From Chrysomallon squamiferum (Eukaryota > Animalia > Mollusca), in the NCBI GenBank assembly GCA_012295275.1, contig CM022665.1, positions 37,944,001-38,008,000 of the forward strand: a DNA stretch of 64,000 bases, given 5' to 3'. The notes below the pieces were generated by a model, which was not told the DNA's origin, searched no databases, and was given only the letters and a program-made list of their open reading frames with translations. The translations under genes and the position numbers were made by a program. Position 1 is the stretch's first letter. Every line of letters starts with the position of its first letter. This document shows positions 30,364 through 40,600 of the stretch, one piece after another.

Positions 30364-32149
30364 GTTTTCAGAGTATCTTTCGATTTATCTTTATGCAGCA
30401 GCAAAAACTAACATAAAAAATATGAATAATGTAAAAATTGCTAAAGTTTCTTTCAATGATGATGATGATGATGATAATAATAACCAACCATAAAACCATG
30501 AATAAGATATACGATGATGATGATGATGATAAAACGAAAACCAGCAAGAATGATACCAATAGCCGAAGACAATAATAGTATATTAACAACATCACACAAA
30601 TATAACTCTAATAATAATAATAATAATAATAATAATATCTGAATACCTGTCATATATCTGTCCATGTTTTCTTTAATCACCCAGCTGTCCTCGGTGGCCT
30701 ATGGAAGATTGGTGAGATAAAGAACAGACAACCCCATTGGTCCATTTAGAATAGTAGTGTTACGTCAGTCTCTATCTAGACAGTAGCGTAGCTACTCATG
30801 AAGTAGTCACGCACATGCGTGTGTATTATTTGCCAATGTATTTTCATTTCCTAAAGATTAATTCTTATTAAAGTCTATATATTGCGTAATGCTTAATGCG
30901 ATTATACTGAGCAGAAAAGAAAAAAACCCACCTAAAATATATATATTATACATATCAGAGTAAATATAGGAGATTGTAGAAAAAGGGACGATATCTTTAT
31001 GGTGGATAAGGCTTTAAGATAAAGTGAAACATTTTAAAAAACATCTAGACGAAATTTGAAAAATGGGGCCACTTTTGAATTCGAGTACGGGGATAGTTTT
31101 AGAATTTGAATTTTGCGATTTAAAGTCACTTTAAAAAAGGAGTTCCTTTTTTTTCTTGTTCTTCTTCTTTTTTTAAATTCTGCTTTATTTGTATAATTAT
31201 TATTATTATTCTTTTTTTTTTTTTTTTTGCATCCTAAACAGACTAGTTCATATCCTAGCTACGCCGCTGGTAGACACAACCCAGTATCCAGTTATTTTCT
31301 CCCCACTAATTTTCCAAACGTTTTTTGTTTTCCAGAATTAACCAGCATGCCCACGTTACGAAATTAATTATTTTATTATTCACGTGCATGTGTTTTGAAG
31401 ACGATTGTTAATAACGACTAGATTATTTTTAGTTTTAAACTCACTATCCCAGTCAGTTTCCTTAGAAGTGTATTATATTATAGTCACAAATGTGTATATC
31501 AGTACAGAACATATTATATTCTATTATTATTATCATCTTTTGAACGTTTTCTTTGCTTGTTTCTCAAAGGTATAAAACATTTAGTATTTGTATTTTGTTG
31601 AATTATGTTATCAGAGAACATACTAACATAGTAATCCTTTTTGACTGTTACTAACAGAAAGTATAATTTTTGTTGATTTTCTGTTTTGGCTTTTTCTTTA
31701 CTTGTAATCAAAACGGGTTATAATACAGAAGTCAAACAAAACGGACTCATTTTTAATGAATGAGAATATTTAACATAATGCAAAATTTGAGTTAAACCGA
31801 TACAAAATTAAGACAGCCAAAAACAAGTAGTATACGTGTGCGTGCGTGCATGCGTGCGTGCATGTGTGTGTGTCAAAATATAGCTGTGCCATACTAGAAA
31901 TAAAAAAGTTAACCATTGAACTGTAGTACATAATATTCTCAGTAATATCTCCGTAACAGTATCTTAATCCTGTCCTTTCCATAAAGGTATTGTATATTAA
32001 TCTATAGTATTACTGTAATATTATAAGATTTAAGTTAAAATTGTCAATACAATAATTATCATATATCCACCGTATTACAACAGTTAATCGTTATTATAGT
32101 GTTATTATAGTATAGTCGTTTTCATTACATCATATATCACTGTACTTCA

Positions 32150-32235
<86 letters not shown>

Positions 32236-34058
32236 TTGTAGTGAATATTATTCACTATCAAATTGTGATACAATATACCAGTTCAAACTTTATAATAATT
32301 TTGTTCTTGAACAGTAAATACGTAACTCGTTATCCTACGACTTTTCTTTTAGAACTGTTATTTCGTTCCATGAAATATTCATTATCAAATCGTTATATAA
32401 TACATCCACGTCATGAAAAGGTTTAATTCCAGTCCAGTCTTTATCATAACCTTATTGTACAGATACCTTTTTATTTCCTATAAAAGAACTCATTACCATA
32501 TCGCCATTCATTCAAAACAGTTTGATTTGTAGCGAAAAAGTCAAATATTACACATGAGTATAATGATATATATCCACCTTCTGACAATATTTCAGTTTCT
32601 TTGTATTGATGTTGTATATTCGTATTAACGTATAACTAACTACAATCTCATTTACAACCATTTCTTTGTACATGGAATTTTAACAACGAAATATTTATAT
32701 AATATGTCCTCCTCAATACAAAATCTGAAACCAGTCTGTACAAAATCTGTATTGAATTGCTTGGTAATTATCGTAGAATTATATTACATTCGACACATAA
32801 TAAATTTACCGTATGACAGAATTTCAGTCCACTTGATCTCAGAACTTTATTGTAAAATGATGGTATAATAATTCCTTATTACTTACTACACTTTATCTTA
32901 GTTTATCTATTGTTTTGTGTAGGGAAATAGTGAGAAGAAACCTGATAGACAAACAGCAGTTATTGGAGGTGACCGTGCAGCGATACAGGTCTGAACTGGC
33001 AGCAGCGTCATCCAACATCGCCGGCAAAGAGATCATCATCACAAAAATGACACAGCAGGTAAAACTAGAATACAAATGTGAAGAGCTACTGAAGCACCAG
33101 TTCACATAAGCACAGTTTTCAGTACACCGATAATCAAAGATGTTGATAAACTTCTTACATATTAAGGTGTTGAAAAAAAAGAAAGAAGAAGAAACCTAAA
33201 ATGGTAACTTCGAATTTTATAAGAAAATACAAGCTGTTCTGCCGGAATCCATTTATTTTCATCTTTATCATTCCGTATAGATATTGGACTTGTTTTAAAA
33301 TAGTTTGAATTATTGTTGTATTACATTTATTTCGAGATATTATTCAAGAAACGGATAAAGTAAGTGCTGAAATACAAGACGAACAGTATTTGTCAAAAAA
33401 ACAAAATGTCGTCGTACATTTTGTAATAATTATAAATATGTAAAGGTACAAATATTTATTAAACCAGTTAATTATTACAGTAATCATTTGGCACCTTTCC
33501 TTGTTTTAGCTGGCAGAAAAAGAAGACATGCTTGAAGCCAAAGACAGAAAGATAAAGCAGCTGGAATCCAAGCTTGCTATAGCTCTGAACGAAACGAGAA
33601 TGATGGAAGACCATCTTCAGAAAGTGCTCCAGGAAAACGGGGACGGCATGGGCGACCGTTGTCTCAGTAACCCGTCTTCTAGAACGTTCCAGGAGCCGAC
33701 TCACGTTCGAGGTCACTTCGCGCCAGACGGTTTCCATGGATCCCGTAGAAGTTCGGTGTATTCAAAGAGAAAGAGCATAGACTTGACGGCTTCGCTTCCA
33801 TCGGGGCAGTTCCGGTCGCCTTTAAATAAAGGCAATTCGAGATTTACTTTGTTGTCTGACGGTCACGATGCTGGACACAAACAGTCGAACGGACTGATGT
33901 CTCCGGATAAACAAGAAAACTTGAACACTTTGATTATCAGAAGAAGGTCGACGCGAGCCAATAGCGTGGCTGGTGACGTCTCCAAGCTGACGCTTAGAGC
34001 TCCCAGAGACAATGATAACGAGGATTTCAACAAAAGTGGCGCATGCGTAATTATGTGA
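21967..34058 (+). CDS. Uncharacterised coiled-coil protein with C-terminal CaaX prenylation motif, 469 aa, 7 coding exons
   Basis: join(21967..22227,22849..22956,26419..26504,27645..27813,29858..29958,32923..33058,33510..34058) = 1410 nt. All introns are GT-AG with consistent phases (0,0,2,0,2,0). E/K/Q/L heptad-like central region; ends NKSGACVIM*. The exon 3/4 junction has an alternative solution. Confidence 0.8.
22849..22956 (+). CDS. Coiled-coil/CaaX gene coding exon 2
   Basis: ttacag|[36 protein letters not shown]|gtgata. Confidence 0.8.
22997..23411. repeat. (CA)n (22997-23080) and (GA)n (~23328-23411) microsatellites
   Basis: Directly visible. Confidence 0.93.
26419..26504 (+). CDS. 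Coiled-coil/CaaX gene coding exon 3
   Basis: tttcag|[28 protein letters not shown]..|gttagt; an alternative donor is possible after 26475. Confidence 0.7.
27645..27813 (+). CDS. Coiled-coil/CaaX gene coding exon 4
   Basis: aacag|..[56 protein letters not shown]|gtacgt. Confidence 0.78.
29060..29470. repeat. Complex (TATG)/(TA)/(TG) low-complexity repeat
   Basis: Directly visible; source of the YVCM/HTYI ORFs. Confidence 0.93.
29858..29958 (+). CDS. Coiled-coil/CaaX gene coding exon 5
   Basis: aatag|[33 protein letters not shown](W)|gtgtgt. Confidence 0.75.
30781..31269. mobile_element. MITE-like element, probably hAT-derived
   Basis: Imperfect TIRs cagtagcgtagcta ... tagctacgccgctg (12/14 complementary). 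TSD unclear (ctaga / gtaga). Confidence 0.55.
32153..32233. repeat. (CT)n microsatellite
   Basis: Directly visible. Confidence 0.95.
32923..33058 (+). CDS. Coiled-coil/CaaX gene coding exon 6
   Basis: gtgtag|..[45 protein letters not shown]|gtaaaa. Confidence 0.8.
33510..34058 (+). CDS. Coiled-coil/CaaX gene terminal coding exon
   Basis: ttttag|[22 protein letters not shown]...NKSGACVIM*; AATAAA at 34076-34081. Confidence 0.85.
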   Translation: MAEKEDMLEAKDRKIKQLESKLAIALNETRMMEDHLQKVLQENGDGMGDRCLSNPSSRTFQEPTHVRGHFAPDGFHGSRRSSVYSKRKSIDLTASLPSGQFRSPLNKGNSRFTLLSDGHDAGHKQSNGLMSPDKQENLNTLIIRRRSTRANSVAGDVSKLTLRAPRDNDNEDFNKSGACVIM

Positions 34059-34491
34059 TATGTTAATTTAACGTTAATAAAAATATGTATATGTTTGTAA
34101 ATAGTTGTGTAATAAGAGCGATGATTTAATAACAACAATAACAACAAACCACCGTTTTTATCCACATTTACGATTTTCATTAACAGTACCTACAGAGTTT
34201 CAAAATGTACAGGCTTAACAAACATTATTAAACTGTTTTATTATTGATCCAAGCTCTAGAACGACATAACATGAGATTAATATTTCTGGTGTGAAACCAA
34301 AATGCGAAGGAAAATATTAAATAATTAAACAATGGAAATTGATTTTATTTCAAAGTTAACATGCAATTAGTATCATATGGAGTATTCAAAAGGTGAAATG
34401 ATATATGAACCTGACGTTTTAATTTAAAGTGTGTTAAAAGTGACAAAAATATGATCGAAACCTTATGATACTGCAGCAGGTATTAAAACTA

Positions 34492-34561
34492 ATTTTTTTA
34501 ATTTGTTTATTTGTTTATAATATATATATATATTATAAACAAATAAAAAAATTAAAAAAAT
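34492..34561. repeat. 70-bp near-perfect AT-rich palindrome
   Basis: atttttttaatttgtttatttgtttataa-(ta)6-ttataaacaaataaaaaaattaaaaaaat, with one mismatch. Confidence 0.9.
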
Positions 34562-36742
34562 ATATATATAATTTTTAGATATTAGGTCAGTATTATTAAA
34601 ATATTAAGAGACAATTAATCAGTTTAATTACGAGTGCATTTTTTCTTCATTAATTCTTCATTAGTTTTATTCTCACACACTTTCATGTACACACATATAC
34701 TACAGGTTGTGTGGCGATTCTTTCATCGTGCAGTATACATCCCTAAGCTTCTTGCTGGAACAAAAAAAAATGTAGTAGCAGTATAAGCTTGAAATTAATG
34801 CTAAGACGACGTGCCTGTCAAACTGATAAATTGCTGGCATCTTTATCAATGCAATAATTAGGCCTAAGCATCAAGTTTCGTATGCCAAATGTTACATATC
34901 ACGTCACACACAGATTACCCAATCATTATAGCAATTTACAGAACTCGCCTCAATTCCAAACACTGCATGTACTAACAGTATGTTTCCGTTTTCTGAAAGA
35001 AATGGTTTTGTAATTGCTGCAGTAAATGGAACTTATTTATTGAATTTGTAAAGGAGGATGTTAGACTGCTAGAAAACGCATACACATTCAAAGAAAGAAA
35101 GAGGAAGAGAGACAAATAACGATTAAGGGAGAGTGTTTTAATTTCTCCAGAAATGATTTAAATAGTTTTTATTATATAAAGGAAATGATATTTATTTTTT
35201 GTTTAATTCACATTGAATGTAAGCCTATATTAAAAATGTATTTAGATAATGTATTTGTTATTTATTTAATACAATTTAAAAAAAAAAAATTGTAAAATGT
35301 AACAATAACAAATGAGACAATAATAATTAACAGTTTTTATAATTTTATATTTATATATATCAACATCATGTAAAAAATGTAGCAACCTGATAATGGATTT
35401 CTGTTACATTAATTTTTCACAATAAAATGATTAATGACAGTTTTTTGTGTCGTTGTGCATGGCTACACACAAAAGCAGACTTGTGTTGACTTTTTGCAGT
35501 GATGTGAAAAAGTTAGGAACGAACCTAGAAATTAAAGAGTTTTTGAGGATACGTCAAAACACTTTAACAATAACGATTATTATTAGGTGTTGAGTATATT
35601 TCTCTTTGGATTGTCTTATTCAAACGGCTATTTTTATCGATTAGAAGTCAGGGATGTTTTATAAGCACTTTTGCTTAGAAACGTAAACATATGCCTCAGT
35701 CTTATACAAATCAGTTTTAAGAGGATTCACATGAGCAATGAGCAGGATTGATTCTGCAGTCGTCCACCAGACAGGGTTTAATTTGCTCCTCTTTAGCCCA
35801 CTCCAAAACGAGAATTCACTTTTCATTTATTGGTTTTGCTTTCTTACCACACACACACACACATACACACATGTATATCCATTAACTGAAACTGTAATTC
35901 TTTGAGATTTTCCCCGGCCTCCTTTCTGATTTTATCTCACAATTTATAACTTCTACCATTCGAAATAAATACAGTATTTATGTTTACCACTGACATAATT
36001 TAATATTTTAATATTTAGCTTATAAGTAGTGTCACTGCAAATATGTGTTATCACATATTACATTATTGTTGGCAATGTTTATCAGACTCCAAGGTTACAA
36101 AACAATAAACAGCAAATTATGTTTCAGTGTTCGCACAAAAACAAGTTATGTACGAAAACACATTAGGTCACGATATCGCATTGTAATGATCTCGTGATTG
36201 GCTCTTTAGTTTCCATTTCCGCTAGTTTCTTAAAATACTTTAAATGGTTTGAATTCACGATTAAAGCATAATAAAATTGTTACATTGGCGTAATGTATTT
36301 TGTACTTTCTTTTGAATAAACATGACAGAATTTAACCAGAGGCATGCTCATATAATATGAATGATGACTCCTGCCTAATTTGGTGTTTACAACAACAGAA
36401 CTGAACTATACAAGAATAATTTCTGAAAGACCCAACAAAAAATCGATTAGTTTTAATTCTCCTTCATTTATTTTGATTAATTCATTCTATAAAAGCATGT
36501 ATAAGAATTATAATTCGGAGAATCATTATTTTTTATTATTATTTTCGTACATTTCACATTCCAGTTACTGCTCAGTGGATGGCGTGTCAAAGATCGTTCA
36601 GTATATAAATATGCGCGTTTAGTTCTGTTTGCAGACGTGTACAAACTCTTGCTTTTATATATAAAACCCAAAACAGTTTTAATTCGGCTAAGACAATTTA
36701 TGTTCAAATGTATTTTCGTAGCCTTAACTGTAATTTGTATTT

Positions 36743-36743
<1 letters not shown>

Positions 36744-36817
<74 letters not shown>
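36744..36817. repeat. (CT)n microsatellite
   Basis: Directly visible. Confidence 0.95.
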
Positions 36818-36823
<6 letters not shown>

Positions 36824-37098
36824 AATCCAGAGCTACTAATAATATGTCAAAACAACGCTATAAAATCATATTACATCATAAATATTTACAGACATGCTTA
36901 CATTACTGATTAGTTCAAACTTAAAGCCACAAAGTATTGATAACAAATATTTTACATTTAATGGGAATTGCTCATATGTGTCTTCATATGTGTATTTTAC
37001 TAACTGATGGTTGATTTGTTTCCTTCTTCAAAGATACGAGGCCCAAGCAACAAGCAAACTATTCTGATAATGGTAATGATAATGTAATCTAATTTAAT

Positions 37099-37156
<58 letters not shown>

Positions 37157-37340
37157 AGATACTGGTCACTTGCAACAAATAAAACAGGGTTCTGTATATA
37201 TGATATACATGCAATAATTAATCTTGAATCAGTTATTTTCCATTTTAATTATCGTGTAATTAACTGTAACAACGTTAAATATGGTTATTTACATTAATAA
37301 TACTACAGTTAACTCTGAAGGGTTATTTAGATTTATATCG

Positions 37341-37431
37341 CAACACTTAAAACTGTAAGGCACTTTAAATGTATAACACAACACTTAACACTGTAAGGCA
37401 CTTTAAATGTATAACTCAATAATTAACACTG
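37341..37431 (+). repeat. 38-bp tandem repeat (~2.4 copies) in the PNPT1 proximal upstream region
   Basis: Unit caacacttaa(a/c)actgtaaggcactttaaatgtataac(a/t) at 37341 and 37379, with a partial copy at 37417. Confidence 0.9.
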
Positions 37432-37516
37432 GTGGCCATTAGTTGTTGATGCTAATGATTTTTGCAATGGATGCTCCCATCAAAAACGGTGGAATGATAC
37501 GTACACACAAACTAAT

Positions 37517-37674
37517 ATGTCTGCGCCCGTGCTGGCATGTAAGCTCTGCAAAAACAAAGATATCGTAACACGATTTCGTCTGCGTTTGCAGAAACACCTT
37601 TGCAGAAAAGCTCATTCAAAACCATGGAACAAAGCTGAACATCGAGGTAGAGTGGAAGTGGATATTGGTAATCG
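37517..37674 (+). CDS. PNPT1: PNPT1 exon 1
   Basis: [52 protein letters not shown](R)|gtaatt. Confidence 0.85.
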
Positions 37675-40600
37675 GTAATTATTCGTAACGGTCACTTGTC
37701 ATTCAGTTTGATTTTGTCTTTCAACTCTCGTTTTTATCATTGTCAGTGTAAATTTAACTGTTGATACATATTTACTTAATTGTCACTTTTAGATTGATTT
37801 GTCCTACTGAAAATATCAGTTACAGTTGATTTTCAACCATAATATTTTGTTTTAAATAAAAACTAATTATTCAAATTGTTTGAAAATGGTTTATTTATTG
37901 TGTGTAATAATTAATAGTAATAGTAATAATTTAAAAGCATAGTCAGTGTAATCATGATAATACAAATTAAAGTTAAAATGAAACATTTATATTTTTTCTA
38001 TACAACAATACATGTTTGTTACATACAGCTTAATTACTTCTGTTTATTAACTGATAATTGAATGATAGAATCTGTTAGATTCTGATAAGAAAAAATAAAT
38101 GTCATAATTTAATATTATTAAACTGAAAGTCCTTAAAAAGAAGTATTTTACTATTTTTATTAGAAAATATATTTTTTTTTTTTTTTACAGACCATTTCGA
38201 ATCAGTACAGGAAGTCTTGCCAGATTTGCAGATGGATCTGCTATTGCAGAGGTGAGAACGTTTTCACTGTTAATTTTCTTTTTATGTTAAAACAGTTATA
38301 CTAGAAATTAAGAATGTTTATGTCTTTAAAGAATGTTCATTTTCAAGAATGTTTTAAAAGGTGTGACTTGTAATTCATTAATTATTTTCATCATATTCTT
38401 AACTGGACATATTAAATTCTAGTGTAATCGGTAGTGACACTGTTAGTTTCCTAGGGTTCTTTTTTTTTTTTTTTTTTTTTTTTTTGGGGGTGATTATCTG
38501 GAAGTAAAAAAATAGACGTGCCATTTTCCAACACCTGAATATATATATACTCACATGGTTTGGCAATTGCAGTTTGCAGGCTTATGTGATTTGACAAAAA
38601 CAACACTCCCTGCATGCACTGTGCAGTGCAGGAAATGGGCAATGCTATCTTTAAAATATCGTATAATGCTGCTGTACAATAAAATTATTTATTTTGGAGA
38701 AAAGAAATCCAAATCAGTATGACTGTCACTTTAGCAATGGATTAATAATTTTAAAATGCTGTCCACATCTGCATTCAACAGGTAATTGCTGATCTAAGGG
38801 ACAAAATGATCTAAATGAATTAAGAGATGTGTCACCACCAATCACATTTTTTTAATTCTTTCATTATTTTGTCCAACATCATCTTGTTTTTTGGTTGGGC
38901 AATGTCTGTTCGAGATATGTCAGTAAACCAAGAGTGTATCATTTAGAATGACACCGTTTGTCCCTGCATTTGATTCACATCCAGTTCCAGACCTTCCATC
39001 CTCAAATACATCGGAAGTGAACTTAAAACTTGCTCGTTGGGGAAGACAACTTGCTTTCGCTCGATGATGCAGTGAGGATCTTGGAAGGAAACTGTCCCCT
39101 TTGAAGGAAAAATATGCAACTCTGGCACAGAAAACAAAGACAAGGAAGCAACACTTTCCATTTGAGATGTCCATCTGTCAGATTTTTCAGCAAATATGGA
39201 TAGTGAGAAAGAGAAATAGTCAGCTTCAGGAAGAAAATGTAGCATGAGAGGGATGAGCTAAATAAGGAAGTCAGGTCTCTGAAGGAGAACATTCTGAGAA
39301 GATATAACCACCTACTGAAATGTAATAAAGAGGGTTCTGGACAAAATTATGGAGAAAACACAGCAGAATGAGAAGCTGTTTATGAAAACCACCCTTTACC
39401 AGCACAAATTTTGCTACATACAGTCTATTTGAAAAGCAGAAAGAAGACAGAAGGAAAATCTCAAAATGGAAAATAACAAACTATAATGACACATCATAAA
39501 GCCAAAAGCTGCCAATGAAGCCAAACATTTGATTCATTTGAAAGACCAGATACTGGATTTGTTTACCAAATGTGAAGTTGTGTGTGATGGAAATGGTTGG
39601 CGAGCATGAGACTGCAGCCAGCATCCCAGAAGGTGACCTACCATCAGAAAGAAGTGTTGGTCATTTTGTGGATGTAGGTCATGTAATAAGCAAGATGCAG
39701 ACAGCACTACAAAAAAATGGTAAAAAATATGTTGGCCACCAAGTTACTGCGGGCACTGGCAAGAGTTTAAGCTGTGGCTTTACTGTGGTGGGAACTGAAA
39801 ATGCACATTGCCTAGAAACAATTGCTGCTGACATATTAGAGGAGTTATCACTAGTTTTTGATGATGATGAAGAAAGGAGGCAGGATGTATTGTTAGACTG
39901 TCTCCAAAAAATGAGTGGATTCATGTGAGACAGAGCTGCTGACATGAAGAGCTAAAACGTCCAATTTAACCATCTCAGAAAATACCTTTTGCAGACTGAG
40001 GAAGATCTGGAGTTCCTGCATTGCAATGCTCACTATCTCCTTAGTCTTGCAACTGCTGTGGACAAAGTATTCAAACTGATGCATGACAACAGCACTCCCA
40101 TGGGCAGAGAATGTTTAGTGTAGTTTGCTGTTCCAAGAGAAAACATCCAGTTACAAGATTCATCTATGAAGCATGTGGCCAAAGTCTCCACTACCTTCAT
40201 TTCTATGTCTATGTGGTCATGATGCAGAAGTTTCTGGAAAGGTAAATCATAATTTTACATAGTCATGTTAGTGCATTTGCTATAATTTTAATAATGAACC
40301 TGAAAAATGACAGATGCTGACCTGATCATAATTAGAAAATAAATGTAAACAATAACAGTAAACATTCTTTTCTGGGGTTGGGATTTGAGAGTGACAGAAT
40401 GTTTTCAGTAGTAATAGTCACATATAGTGGTAATAAAATTGCAGAATTTTTTATTTCTGTTCCTATTTTCCAGGAGGACCACAAATCCAGCTGATGCATT
40501 TTCCACAGATTTTGAATCCTTGTTTAACACTGACATGGAGTGCAACAACAGCAACATCTTATAGCACTGATTCACACTGCTGATGACAGGAAACAAGCAG

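Noticed and set aside
21967-34058. Calling the coiled-coil/CaaX gene a lamin
   Set aside because: It lacks the conserved IF rod-end motifs and the lamin tail Ig-fold; only the overall layout is similar.
36361-36426. Box C (ATGATGA) with two downstream CTGA, snoRNA-like
   Set aside because: Intergenic with no terminal stem; these motifs are expected by chance in AT-rich DNA.
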